Assembly (NCBI RefSeq): GCF_018977255.1
Contig: NW_024704742.1
Location: 29,886,001-29,950,000 of the forward strand
DNA from: Callorhinchus milii
Taxonomy: Eukaryota
Reading direction: 5' to 3'
DNA: 64,000 nucleotides
Of this stretch, positions 14,001 to 27,050 are shown piece after piece. The notes beneath the pieces are model-generated. The model did not search any database and was not told the DNA's origin. It worked only from the letters and a program-made list of their open reading frames with translations. The translations under genes were made by a program, and so were the position numbers. Each line of letters begins with the position of its first letter. The first letter of the stretch is position 1.

Positions 14001-17000
14001 GCAATCTTTGGATCCTCATCCCAGTCTTCAGGCTTCTGATCATTGGGATCATCTATTTCCTTAGATGGATTAATAGGAGGAGTCATATCCTCCAGCATAT
14101 TTCCTTTATTGACCACATATTGGTCAATCAGCATCTCAAAGCTGTTGTCTGGCTTCAGCACTAAGAGGAATGTAAAAAGGCTGTTACAGTAATTGGAAAT
14201 GTTAACCCCAGCCTACAATATAGGAGGAATGCTCCAAGCAGATTCTAAGACTCAGAAGATTCCTTGAAATCAGTTATTTTCTCGTGGCTACGGTTATTAT
14301 GACAAGCATCTGCAAAACTAAAATTCTACTTGTGCAAAACATTTTTGACTTGTTTATTAGTGAATTATTTTCCAGCAGTATTTTTCATATTTCTGTGAAC
14401 CTGAAGATAAAAACATCGAAGCAACTAGGCTTTCATGCTCACTTTTAGAGTACTCCGTTTGAAGACAAATTGTTCTGTACTAGAAAACAATTGGACAAGA
14501 GCTTGCCCGCATTACCCTAAACTAGTTACTTTGTAAAATGTAGATGTTTTTCCTCCTTTGTGCCTTCTACTTACCATACTTTGCAGGAAATAGTGGAAAG
14601 GCCACCAACTCCCTATTGCTCAACTAATAAGTTACATTTTGCCCACAAAATACAGTCACTACACTTTACAGAATATCTTATGAAGAGCTTTGAGATGTCT
14701 TCAAGACTTGATAAGGTGCTATATCAAATGCAAGGATTTTTTAAAATTAACTATTGACCCACTCTTGATATGGTCACATGTGCAACAATGGGCCCTAATT
14801 TTCTACTTCTTCAGGGCACAGATCTCCTCTACGCTTTAGTCCCCAGTTAGAGTTGAGATTAGTCGTTTTATCTACATGAAAAACTATAGTGTGCAACTAA
14901 TAATTACTGTTGGAAATTAGGGGCCAAATTTCAGTGACCTGAGATTATATCTACCCGTGCCCTGTTGAACATACATCTATGCATCCTGCAAAATACTTTT
15001 TCTTTGGTCAGCTGGGTGTCTGATATGCAGAAGCTCATCACAATACTTCAGAGTATCCAAACCAGACAAAGTTCCACACGCAAAATGGCACCTATGCATA
15101 GACATTTCCCCGTGTCCGGAATGGAGGGTGCATTGCTCTCTGGAGGGATGCACACTGTTTGCCTAATTCCCAAAAGTATTAGCTGCAACTTAGCAAGGAT
15201 TTTTAGTGTGCGGAACTGATTTTTTTCAGAGCGTAGAATGGTGGAATTATTTTCAGCCCTGGTCTGCTGAAGATCATTGCGGTACTGTGGGAGTTTAACC
15301 TCCGAGTCCTGCTGACGAGCCAAGCTGGCTGGTGTCATCGGCAGTGCTTTGAATTACACTAAATCCCTGGCTATCTGCAATTCAGAATTAGCTGGTTTGA
15401 AAAAAAATCCACGATTCCATGAGCTAAAAATCCATTCCACCCACTAACAATCCACTCCACGTTTTCAAACTCCTACCAGTCCACGTAATGCGCACAGCTC
15501 CACATTGATTGGTTTAATGCAGACATCACCGGAGCTGGTACCGCATTAGTGTTGACTACAGAACAATTGTTATTTGGGGTTTTTTTGGTGTCTATTTTAT
15601 TTATTTAAAATTCATTTTTTTATTCATTTTAAATATTTGGAAGGATTTTTTTTTGCTCATTTCATTTATTTTAAATGTTAGGAATTAGGATTAGCATTTA
15701 GTCAGAAAACTGGACTACGCCCTATTAGTCTGGGGACTGTCTACTGTGGACCTACTTGGCTAATCAGACTGCCACAAAGTTGAATTGATTACGAGATTTT
15801 TGTGGCCAAGCATATCAACTTGGAGCCAGTTCATTCCCTGCTTACCTCTCCCAGGATGATAACACTTATTAGATGCTTGCATTACCATAGTACAGTTGGA
15901 AATGATACATCCAAAGAGAGCCATCCCACGGCTGATATACATAGCCCCAATCACAGCAACTGCCATCTGTACATAACGTATAGGAACACATCCGCTAGAA
16001 GTAAGATTTCTGCTTCAGCAAAATGTTTTATTTTAATCAAATGTTAGGGAGCACAAGTTCAGCTATGAAAGCTACTTTCAACACTCCGAGATGCTATCTC
16101 GCATGAAGAGCGCTATCTAAATGCATGTTGTTGTTTACATACGATATCCCATCATATTGTTCTAATATGTCTGTTAATAAATATAGCCCACTAAGGAAAA
16201 AAACTGATCGATGCTATGCATCTACAATTCATTAACTATAATGTGTTCCATTTATACTTTTTCCATCTTTCCATTTTTTTGTAGCCTCCTGGCTGATCTG
16301 ACACATGCCATATAGTCCCTATTTTGAAATGGTCAACAACTTTGGCTGACTCAAGTTCTAATATGTAATCTTAAATTCTAATTGATGATTATTACAAATT
16401 CACAGCTGAAAATGTATAGAGAAAATGGAATTATACTGTTATATAAACAAAACTGTGGGGTACCTAGTGTGTACAGGTGGGTTTTCTTGTCAGTGTAGTA
16501 CTTCTTTAGATCTACATCAGCACGCTTAGCATGTTTTTCCTCAAAATCTCCTGTTTGGGGATTCTTGTGTCTGAAGATGAAGTGCAGTTTATAGTCTTCA
16601 CCACATTTGTCCGGTCCGAACATGATTGAGTAAGGCGTTTTGTCAAAGAATGCTTCCTAAAGGAGAAAAATAGTTCAAGTAGATTATAACACTCTCCACT
16701 AGAACAAACTGTCAACTTAGTCTAACGACACCCAGAATTAGATAGAGATTAGTTCTGTACCAGCGGAACTAGCCTTTCAGAATGAAATCGGGGTGAAATA
16801 ATTTTCTAGAGCCGTTGCCTTTTTAATGTGGAAGAATCCAAAACAGAGATAGCATTTTCAATACCACAAGCATGGGTATTGTTACCATTTTCTTAAAGAA
16901 ATGTGTACAGGAGCCGACCATCGCATTTTCATCCTTAATAGATGCTGTCACTTTGTGCTAAATAAAATACTAGAAGTAAAAATATTACATAACCAATATG

Positions 17001-20000
17001 TCTATAATTTAGAATGAAATATTCTCAAGTTTTAAATAGCTATGCAAGAAGAAAAGTCACATCTTACTGGAGAGTAGTGATCAACTACAACACAAATACA
17101 TTGAAACTTGCATTCTAATACAATCCTGGTCAAATTGAACTATATGTGAGATAAGCGTATGACTGAATGAAACACAAATATCAATAGGACTTATTTAAAA
17201 GGCCACAAGGTAAATAGCACGAGAAACTGAACAAATTGTGGGAAAGAATTCAGAGCAGCTGGATTAAGAAGTACCTTTTAAATGTTATTGAACAGTATTG
17301 ACACCTGGGCTTTAGTTTGGTAGAAACAGAAAATAGCATGGGTTGTAATAATTACAGGAGGATTCAATAATGCCCCCTGGTTAAACCGTGTACTAATACT
17401 CTCTTTAAACTAACATGAGAAAAGGCCACTCAACCAAGGGATGAACATCTGGGAAAGTGCTTATTATGAATATCAAGTGAAGGCCATATGGAACTCAAAG
17501 GCCTGCTAACATTATGTAGCCTCACACCCAAAGACTGGAATCTCAGGTAACATTAGTCTAATACACTGATACATCCAAAATCGTTCTAAATTAACTTGAG
17601 AAAAACATTATTGACTTTTTGCAGCAGAGACGTTTACCATGTTGTCAGCATTTTCTGTGCTCCATTTCCCATTATTTTATTCCTTATATTAAGTAATCAA
17701 ATTTTTCATTTCAGTTATCTTTAATATACAAGAGAAAAAGATTTATTTTACAGTTATTCAAATATTTTTCTGAGGTGAAGACTGAACATAAAAACTTATT
17801 AAAGGAAAGTGTTGTGGGGCTCTCCCGTTGGCTCAGTGAATGAATACACGGTGTTGTGCTTCTGATCCTTAATATGTGCAGTTATAGCAACTGGAAAAGG
17901 TCATAAGTGCTACAATTGCATTAGTGACATGGCAGCGATGTCTGTGAACCCATCACTACGTGAGAGGAGGGAAAAATGTAAAGTCAGTACAGCAATTATT
18001 TCCACTTACTAGATTTTGATCCTCGGTATGAGAAAGCAACTTTAAATATGCACCACCACAGTCAATGCTATTTTGGAAGTTTACTTCATATCTGGAAAAC
18101 AATTATACAAAATAGTTGAGCAAATATGACAATACCACTTCTTACAACAGTGTACATCAAGTACACCTGTAGATATATGAATGAAGACGGATTTGGCTTG
18201 TGCCCTGCACTAAGTATACTTGTTAGGCAGGTATCAATCTAAAAAATAGGTTTCAGAAATACGTTCAGGCCTAGTAATTTTTTTTAAAAAAAAATCTATA
18301 TCTGGCACCAATTGGTGTCAACCATTAATTCTATCGCTATTAGGACAGTCAACTTGCAAACAGAGAAGTCAGTAAGATTAGATAAACAAACTGCTTCAGG
18401 GAGAAGTTACTAAGTTTCAGCAACAAGGGCTCAGAAGACACTCATTATCAACTGCTGCATGTAGTATGAAATGATAGAAAAAGTTATAAGAAATGGCTGA
18501 ATGAGACATGAGAATGAGATTATTATGAAATAATAGCTCTTCAAATAGTTTTGACAACTTGATAATACACAATAACTTGCATTTGTATAGTGTCCTTCAG
18601 CATCTTCTGCTGATACTGGAATCAAATCCGTGACCTTCTGGCACGACAGAGTGCTATTGTACATCAAGTGGTGACTTTACCCCTAAGATACTGGGAGAAA
18701 CCAGCAATTCATTCTTTAAAGGAAGCTGTGTTGTAATTCGGAGTTGCCTAATAGAATTTGGGCTTTGCAGAAAACGATATGCACTCTAGACTGAGATAGG
18801 ACATCCGACGATCTCTTCAACTATTTGTCCTGAAATTTAACAGCTCGTAACATTCACTCAAAAGCAGAGAAAATATTCAGAAAAACTGCAGCCTCATGGA
18901 TGGCCTTAAACTTAAATTCAATGACACCATCACTGAGAAAACTTGGACACCAATAAAGATTTGTTATCTCTGGGCATAGGCTTCATCTCATCCCGCTACG
19001 AGTCAGTTGTAATTCCATGATACATTCAGGTGTTGTAGCCTTATGTTTGAACACCGTCTGGCATGGAGGGCGCTATATAAATCCAAGTTGTTGTTGTTGT
19101 TGAACACTAACTATAGGAGGCACTTGAAAATTGCCTACGTTTCACTCACATTTGTTATCAAATCTCAATTAGAATATTTTAACCCTCCCTCAATCTTTGC
19201 TCGAGTGCAAGTACATTCTTTAAACATGGACACTTTCCGTCTCATCCTGTCCAATTTTCTTGTTTTCTACTAGTTTTGATCTAGTATCTTCGAGAGAATC
19301 ACTCGAAGACCTTAGATTTGGAACCAGCATGTGTAATTGTTGGACCCTACTGGATGCATTAAAAGTTGAAAGGCATAAGTCTGTGACCCCAGTTGGTGTT
19401 GGCAAGCTCACGACTGAGAACAGTGGCAGACTCCTGCAGCACTGTATTTGAAATGTTTCATGATGTTTGAGCATGATCGAGCATTACAAAAACCAAGGTT
19501 TTTCTTTACCACCCAAAGTCTGAGAATTATTTATTTCTCCATTTATAATGCAATTAACTGTAGGTGATAGTGCAAGTCACACTGTTTCTGAAACTTTGTA
19601 AATGTTGTAGGTGCAAATCACATTGATGCAAGATCTCAAGAAATTTCAACAAACCATTTTTTTTAAAAATGTCGAGGAGTCATTATACAAACCTAAAAAT
19701 TTTAATTTCACAATATTGGTGCATAAGATCAAACCAAGCATTTGCTTTTTGAGACGTGATGTGGCATGATGTTTAAAATCTTCTCACTCCACATCACTTT
19801 GTTCCCAGGAGCATAAACACCAGATTATTGCATTAGAGTACCTTTCAGTATTAGTGTGAGCTGAATTGTTAAAACAGCTGTCCCAGGAAGCACAGACATC
19901 TATTGCATCTGAAGATTAAGTAACTTGCTTCTTTTCCTTCAGCACTTATTAACGTTTATAATGTTGCAGAATTGAGTACTTTGTTTTCGTTAACTTTAGT

Positions 20001-22879
20001 TTCAGAAGAATTTCATAGCATAACATGAATGACAAGATAGTTAAAACAAATAACTTAAAAAGCTTCTTCACTTCTGAGAACTACTACAATGGACAGGAGC
20101 ATAAGCTGAAAAGTAATGGTCCATTTTGTAAACGAGCAGGTTCTGAATGGACCTCAATTGGAGTGTTAGTCTGAAAGCACTGAAATTGGACACAAACCTC
20201 TGTGGGGGTGGCGGGGTGGGTAAGCTTGGTCTCCACGGAGCTGAACTGGCTCCAAGGTGACATGTTTGGCAACAGCATGTCAGAATTGTGCTGAACCTCT
20301 GTGGTGGTCTTGATAGTTCAGTTCCTGAGTCAGGTGGGTCCATAGTACTCCAGGACACTGCTGATGGCAGCACAGCAAGCCTGGCTCATTGGCAGGATGT
20401 AAAAAGGCAGACCAGCCACTGGGGTCAGGAACTCTCAAGGGAGAGTGCCCATTCCATTCCAACAAACATTTCTGGAATTTCCACGTGCAGATGGGATGCA
20501 TGGAACTGTATTTGGTTTGGATACTTTTAAGCATGATGATTTCCGCATGTGTCAAGAAATCCGCTGACCAAAAAGGTCCAAAGAATATTAAAATACTTAC
20601 TGAACAATTAATGGCTCATCATTAAAGACAAAAGGCTTCTTCAGCAAAGCTGAAATAGCATGGTGTTTTGCTTTTGATTTCAGCACCAGACCTTTATCTC
20701 CAGACACTTGATTTTCCTTCAATTCCTCTACCGTCCATCTTCCTATAAAAGGAATAAACATGAATCAAATGAGAATAGAGACAATATAGAGACAATATAC
20801 AAACACAATTAAAAAGTTAGCTCTGGAGCTTTGTGTTGGACGAAGTTAAATTAATGAAGCCATAAACATTTTAAATTTACAATGCTGGTCAGCATGTGAA
20901 AGAGGAAAATTAGTTAACATTTCAGTTTCCATGGTCAGAACTGAAACAATAGGCTGGGAAAGCTCCAATAATGGAGGTCTGGTCAAAAAAAAGCATCAGG
21001 AAGCTGCTCACAAAATTATTACACTGTGGCTGCTGATGGGTCATTAACAGATTGTAAAACACTGTTCATGGAACATTTAGGCATAAAAACAGTGGATAAA
21101 AGAAGAGAACTCCGGTATATATTAAAAAACTGCCGAAAATTAAGACCAGTATATCTTGATGTAGAAATTCTCATTCTTCAAAATACCTTCAGAAAATAAA
21201 GCTTCCAAAATAAGCCTGAAGACTTAAGAATTTTCCAAAGTTTGGGACAATCTTAAATATTAAGACTACGATTGACATTTTTTCACTCAGTAAAGGTGCA
21301 TCCCAACTCCCAGGGCCCTCTAAATGATAATTGTTAAAAGTTCTGGGGCACAATCTACAGGTCTTCTTGTGCTTGTTTTTACATTTTAATAAAATCTCAA
21401 CTGCAGTGCTTCACAGGAACACTGTATATATCCACATCAGTGAACTGAATGCAATGAAAGAATTTCTCCGCTGTGGTTTCTGCACTCCCACTCCACTGAA
21501 TTGGATATGTACAGGGTTCCGGTGTGTACTGGAATATAATGGCAATCAGATTGGTTTTCAGGTTGCATTGACTCCACTCTTCTCGCTTGCTACCCCAGAC
21601 TTAAAATACAGTACAGTACTTCCATCTCATCTTTATGTGCTTCCAAAATTTGAGCTAGAAAGAATGGACCTCCAGATAACCATCATTCCATGGACTGTCG
21701 TTCGTTGTCGATTGGAAACAACAGAATACAGAATATTGTGGAAACATTTATTTCTGGTATTCCTTCGTTTGTGTCCTTCAAAAGTATTTACTCCTGCAGT
21801 ATTACTCTCAAAACAGCATGATCACCATAACTAACAATTATAAAAAATTTACCCAAACAATTCTTACCATCATATTTTGCAATATCGTCATCTACATCTT
21901 CTTTCTTTGTTTTGGACAATACCCATCTTTAGAATGAAACACAAAGTGAGTGGAAGGTGATTGATAATGAGTATTTGTTCCCAGATTTAATATCAGAATA
22001 TTTGTTCACTAATGCAGAAGGCATTGACATCTCTTAGTAGAATTGAATATTTCTTAATCAGCTTGGTGCAAATGAGAATTCCTACCCCTCTAAATTCCCT
22101 CCATCAAATGTTTCAGCGAAGTAAACCTCTCCAGTAGGGACAGGAGTCTTGTAGTTCATCTGCAGATTTAGACCAATACCAGTAATTTATATTGTACAGT
22201 AAAAAGTGACTTTCACAAGTATTTGTAAGACAAGATTGGTTATTTAAAAAATTAAGAATGAAACGGTTTACAAATTGTGGAGACTAGACTAGATGAATAA
22301 CATTACTGACTGTTTAAAACAAAATAGAATTTGGTATTAAACACTAAAAATATCTGCTTAACAGTTTCACTTCATCATCTTGATTGACTTCAAGATCCTC
22401 GCCGTTCCCTATCTTGTTTCTTCTTTTACCCGCTCTTCTGCTTATCTAACTTTGTCTGCTAAAGGTCCACTGCCTTCTCCGTCACCCTCAATAGCCCAGC
22501 CTTCAACTACTATTTCCTACTTGTTAACTTTGACCTTCCCATCTGACTTTCACTGCGTCAGACCCCATCATTGTAATGCAAAGATGTTATCCTACGTGAA
22601 GGGTGCTACATAAATGCGAAATATGTTTTGTTCCCTTCAAAATATTTGAATAAATGGATCTGTTGTTTGTCAATAAAACGTGCCGTTTGCACTTTGCACA
22701 AAATATTCAAAATAAACAATCACATTCAATGTAGCTTTACTAGTCTTTGTTTCACTTTCAGTGTTCTTTTCTTCAAGCTCTTCCACATCCACTTCTCCAT
22801 CTTCCTCCTCTTCTTCAGCCCAGACGACTGCTGTTATGAGCAACAGTCCCAGAAACAATGGCAGACATTTCAACCTCAT
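7409..22879 (-). CDS. CLGN: Calmegin (calnexin-family ER lectin chaperone), complete spliced CDS of 14 exons: join(22879-22724,22159-22086,21926-21868,20742-20601,18091-18010,16656-16464,14160-13971,13835-13722,13206-13050,11923-11708,10640-10521,10337-10217,9271-9165,7489-7409); 603 aa
   Basis: All exons have GT-AG boundaries and compatible phases; total 1812 nt. Contains a signal peptide, CGGAYLKLL and IMFGPDKCG calreticulin-family motifs, KPEDW P-domain repeats, a TM segment ending FCWP, an acidic tail and the C-terminus ...[18 protein letters not shown]. Residues [20 protein letters not shown] and RKKKVRKE, plus the adjacent same-strand MGAT4 gene, favour CLGN over CANX. Confidence 0.92.
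7947..8016 (+). repeat. (GA)n microsatellite in the last CLGN intron
   Basis: Directly visible. Confidence 0.95.
8231..8540 (+). mobile_element. Full-length tRNA-derived SINE, same family
   Basis: GGAGTCCTGT..CTCAGTGGTTAGAGCAC head; ...GCGCTATATCAAATGCAAGG(ATT)n tail. Confidence 0.9.
8750..9080 (-). mobile_element. CR1 LINE 3' fragment
   Basis: Translation [39 protein letters not shown]...FKTEIDRFL is the typical CR1 ORF2 C-terminus. Confidence 0.88.
9165..9271 (-). CDS. CLGN: CLGN acidic-tail exon (...[17 protein letters not shown])
   Basis: 107 nt, CAG/GTTAG; phase-compatible; ends in SEDE. Confidence 0.85.
9689..9955 (+). mobile_element. L2-clade LINE 3' end
   Basis: [17 protein letters not shown]...[10 protein letters not shown]; tail GGCGCTATATAAATCCAAG(TTG)n; near-identical to 42959-43220. 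Confidence 0.85.
10217..10337 (-). CDS. CLGN: CLGN cytosolic-tail exon ([23 protein letters not shown]...)
   Basis: 121 nt, [14 protein letters not shown] motif and acidic run. Confidence 0.88.
10521..10640 (-). CDS. CLGN: CLGN transmembrane exon ([40 protein letters not shown])
   Basis: 120 nt, CAG/GTAGG; EERPWLW followed by a hydrophobic TM segment. Confidence 0.93.
11708..11923 (-). CDS. CLGN: CLGN exon ([16 protein letters not shown]...[18 protein letters not shown]...ASANE)
   Basis: 216 nt, CAG/GTAAA. Confidence 0.95.
13050..13206 (-). CDS. CLGN: CLGN exon ([27 protein letters not shown]...NPKYQ)
   Basis: 157 nt, TAG/GTATT; P-domain tip and type-2 repeats. Confidence 0.95.
13722..13835 (-). 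CDS. CLGN: CLGN exon ([38 protein letters not shown])
   Basis: 114 nt, TAG/GTAAT; P-domain repeats. Confidence 0.95.
13971..14160 (-). CDS. CLGN: CLGN exon ([13 protein letters not shown]...[22 protein letters not shown])
   Basis: 190 nt, TAG/GTGAG; P-domain type-1 repeats. Confidence 0.95.
16464..16656 (-). CDS. CLGN: CLGN exon ([33 protein letters not shown]...THLYTL)
   Basis: 193 nt, [16 protein letters not shown] motif. Confidence 0.95.
18010..18091 (-). CDS. CLGN: CLGN exon ([27 protein letters not shown])
   Basis: 82 nt, CAG/GTAAG; calreticulin-family CGGAY motif. Confidence 0.95.
20240..20450 (+). repeat. Unclassified interspersed repeat; other copies at ~26827-26990 (+) and ~30640-30715 (-)
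   Basis: Shared blocks TGAACTGGCTCCAAGGTG, CAGGACACTGCTGATG and CTGGCTCAT(T/C)GGCAGGA. Confidence 0.75.
20601..20742 (-). CDS. CLGN: CLGN exon ([30 protein letters not shown]...PLIVQ)
   Basis: 142 nt, TAG/GTAAG boundaries. Confidence 0.94.
21868..21926 (-). CDS. CLGN: CLGN exon ([20 protein letters not shown])
   Basis: 59 nt, AAG/GTAAG boundaries. Confidence 0.93.
22086..22159 (-). CDS. CLGN: CLGN exon ([25 protein letters not shown])
   Basis: 74 nt, CAG/GTAGG boundaries, calnexin-family sequence. Confidence 0.93.
22724..22879 (-). CDS. CLGN: CLGN coding exon 1 (signal peptide + acidic N-terminus, [27 protein letters not shown]...KATLN)
   Basis: ATG at 22879, acceptor CAG ending at 22889, donor GTGATT at 22723; hydrophobic signal peptide. 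Confidence 0.88.
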
Positions 22880-24689
22880 ATTGATTCCCTGCGCATAGAG
22901 AAGATACAGAAGGCTATTTCAACAATAAGTATACATTTGAAGCAGGAAATCACATAAGTTGCTGCACAAGATTAGAAAATGTAAAAATTTTGTTTATAAA
23001 GATATTGAAAACATTTATAAACCAATCTGTCCAATACTTTGCAAATATGAACATTCTGTAGTTTCCATAATAATAGGGTTATTCTTAATTACCCTCGTAA
23101 GATTATAGTGAATGATCCAGTAGCATTTATGCTGTATAATAATAATAATACTTTCATTTGATATAGCACTTTTCACGTCTACTAGACGTCTCAAAGTGCT
23201 TCACAGAATATACTGTAAAGTGAATTGACTGTATATTTGTGGGCGAAACACTGCAGCCAATTGGGCACAGCAGTATAAGGAATAGTTAATATACAAGGCA
23301 AGAGACTATTTACAGTAATTTATTAGCTTCAAAACACACAGCCGCTACACTTTACAGCAACTAGCTGTAAAACACTGAGATGTTTCAACATGATAAAGTA
23401 CTATATCAAGCACAATTAGTATTATATTCTGATTAGTTTACACTGTTGGAATGCAAAGTTGGATTTATACTTCTTGCTTCTAATTGTTCTTGCCCAGGGC
23501 CTGAAGTCTCTGCACATGTGCAAGGCTTTATTTACTCACTTATTTACTTTAGATTGAAGAGCTAAATCATTTTCCCTATGGCAGAGATATCTCCAATCAA
23601 GAAAATAGTGGTGCCTGCTCAGGTGGACGCTAAAGACCCTATTTGAAAAGAGAATAGGATCTGGACAGGCAACACTGAGTAATCTGACTGTCCTGGCCTG
23701 ATTAAATATAAAATATTGACAATAATAATAATAATAATAATCCTTGCATTTGATATAGCGCTTTTCACGTCAGGAGGACGTCCCAAAGCGCTTCACAGAA
23801 CACACTGTAAAGTGAATTGACTGTATATTTGTGGGCAAACGCGGCAGCCAATTGCGCACAGCAATGTCCCACAAACAGACAAGCTAGAAAGAACAATACT
23901 AACATTCTTTGGTGTGGTTGAAATCTTTCAATTAATATTTTTATTTTAACAGGGAATGCATATAGAGGAGGAAGCAGAGAGAAAGATCCTCTAGTGGATA
24001 AGGGAGAAATTTTCTTCTCTTTTCGAATAGGATCTTTAACATCCACTTGAACAGGCAGATGGGACCTCCCTCAGTTGATCATCTCATCCAAAGGACGGCA
24101 CCTCCAACAATGCAACCCCCCCCCACCCCGCCTTGGAGTGTCAGCTCTCCGACAATGTGAGCTCAAGGCCCGACGTGGGGCTCGAACCCACAATCTCTGA
24201 CTCAGGCGAGAGTGCTGCCAACCGAGCAAGCAAGACTCCTGGAGGTAAGTTGAACCTAGAGGTCAACACAAGTTTGGGAGAAGAGAGATTTCAAATTTGA
24301 GAAGCATAATATACATTAGCATGTTAGCAGTTACAGACACAGTCACTTTCATGGACCCTATTAAAAACTGTTTCTACACCCAATTTTTGCTCCAATCTTA
24401 CGGCACTGATGCAGTTATACTGCACGTACATGCAGTATAACTGCATCAGTTGTTCCCCCGACCCGAGCTGGCCCTCCCTCAAAATGCCCCCCTCCCTGCA
24501 ACTCTCCCGCTCTGTTCTTCTCTCTCTCCGCCTCCTATCTCTGCTTGACCCCCCCCACTGCGTCCCGCTGCTCCAGCCTGGGAATCCTCCACCGGGCTCA
24601 TCGTGGCACTTGGCGCTGGCTGTCCAGCAGCAGCCACACCGACTGCCCCACTCCCCACTACCGCCGCAAGTCACCCTGGATCCTGACCC

Positions 24690-24928
24690 CGGAGGCTAAC
24701 CTCTCCTCCCTCATCTGCAACCCCACCCACCCTCCCAACCATTCCACTACTCTCCCCATCCCACACATCCCCCTGCCAACTGTCCACTCCGCATTAGACT
24801 TCAAAATGTCCGCTCCATCTCCAACAAGACCCTGGCCATCAACGACAGCTGACTGTTCAGCGCTTTGGGACGTCCTCCCAACGTGAAAGGCGCTCTACAA
24901 ATCAAATATCATTTTGTTGTTGTTGTTG
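24690..24928 (+). mobile_element. L2-type fragment with (TTG)n tail
   Basis: CAAAATGTCCGCTCC (cf. 49793) joined to an L2/SINE-type tail. Confidence 0.55.
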
Positions 24929-27050
24929 ATGTACATGGTGCACGGGGGGGGGGGGGGAGGAAATGTTTCCTCCATGTATCCTCAACCATATAAACATTGC
25001 TCTTAGCAAAGAACTGTTAACAAAGAAATCACCACCACAGTTCTATCAAGTTTCTATATAAATGATACACAGGAAGTACACATTCTTGTTGCTTCAAACT
25101 GGGTCAATAATAATAATAATCCTTGCATTTTATATAGCGTCTTATCAAGTCTTTGAGACGTCTCAAAGTGCTTCACAGAATATACTGTAAAGTGAATTGG
25201 GAAAGTAAAACTTTTTAAAGTAATATAATGCACAAACTGCATCCCTACAGTCAATGCTGTTTATTATTTATTTGGTGTAGCACAGAGGCTGAATATTGGT
25301 AATGCAAATAAAAGATCAACGATTTTGAGTTCTGAATTTCTTTTGGAACTTTCAAGAGTATCTTAGTGAGGTGAGATGAAAAGTGCTGCCTTGTTTCTTA
25401 AATAATTAACACTGGTGGATTGTAAAGTATCCTTCGGGTTTATCCAACTCCTTGATCCAAAATTAATCACCTTGCCTGCTTGCAATATATTCAGGCTGTG
25501 GTGAAAATGTAATGCTTTCCCAACAGCCAATCATGCTATTTCCTTCTCAGCGACTTGACATTTCTCCTATTTTTAAGCTTAAGACCAGCGTCTTACTTTA
25601 ATATTGTTTTCCAAAATTCTGCACAATCTTATATTGCAAGCTGATTTTCCACAGGGCCAATAGGAAACTATAGGAACACTTCATTCAAAACTCGACACAA
25701 AATCTTTTTTTTTAAAAAGACAGTGGCTCCTTGGCTAAAGCATAACGATTTTGAGGCTCCAGTTTCAATAACCCACCAAAGATAGTATACCTAGTTTCCA
25801 CCCACCATACAAGTTCATTTAGTCCAGCCTTTTCGAGCTAAATGTCAGGAATCTCAACATACTAAAAGTATCAATAGTTCAGAACATCTGTATCAGAGTT
25901 ATCTATTGAGGTTAATATTCAATTAAAACATCTTAAAAGAGCGTTGCACATGTTTGTTTGTCTACCTGTATTGTGTTATCCACTTCTCCTACAAGTCGGA
26001 ATCCTTTTCATGTGTTACACTGATCTCTTCCCTATGAGCGCTGGAGGTATCTGGAGTTTGATCAGAGATTAAGTTTTTTTTTAGAAATTGAAAATCCCCG
26101 AATCTTAAATTAAATTCAAAGCTCTTAAACACTGTAAATTCTAAGTCCCACTATTCTTCAGCTACATAGCAGCCCTTTAATCAACCTCTGTGTTCCACAC
26201 GACTGCTGGTGGGACACTCGTATGCACAATTGACTACTGCGTTTTGCCCACACAATACAGTTTACAATATATGCTGTGAAATGCTTTGAGACATCTCAAC
26301 GACATGATAAGGTGGTATATGAAATGCAAGAATTATTATAATTATAAGTCACCTGCAGTATATTCAATGAATATACTGAAGGAGGTGACTATCGTATATG
26401 AATATCGTATATAAACCATCCTTCAACAAGTGTTCATTTATTATACTTTTCCATTCTTGACCAAAAGGAACATACAATATCTCAGGTACAATTCTTGTCC
26501 CAGGTATGTCTACTCTGAATTTCATCACAGCTGGTTTCATTACAGCTGGAAGAGTGAGCACAGTCACAAAGGTAACGAAAAGATACCAAGAACATTGCTT
26601 CAATTCAATTAGACTAAGTTAATTTTAATTTAATGAGGTAAACTAGATAATGCCCAGCCAGCCATTAAAGCTGACTTCTCAAAACAAGCCTCTAACAATA
26701 TTGATAAACAAAATTTTGTAACAAAATTGATAAATATTATAATATTGATAAACAATTATTTTGACTGTCCTCCTTGGGCAAGTAAGTAGTGTCTCTTTGA
26801 GGAGGTGAGCAGGGTCTCCCTGGGGATGAACTGGCTCCAAGGTGCTTGGCAACAGAATGCCAGAATCAAGTGAACCGTTTGGACGGTCAGTCTGCTAACT
26901 GAGTCAGCGAGGCCCTCAGGACTTCAGGACACTGCTGATGACAGACCAGACAGTCTGGCTCATCGGCAGGACTTGGAAGGCGCAGACTGGGAGTAAGTCC
27001 CCATTTGACCCTTGTTAACCTACAAGTGGTCTGGTCTCCTGTACATGTCG

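Noticed and set aside
14790..14925. Short MITE with GGCCC(C)TAATTT(T)C inverted ends
   Set aside because: The inverted match is only ~12 bp and no second copy was seen.
7409..22879. Calling the gene calnexin (CANX)
   Set aside because: The C-terminus lacks the CANX-type SPRNRKPRRE ending, there is a single juxtamembrane Cys (FCWP), and N-terminal residues and the MGAT4 neighbour fit CLGN.
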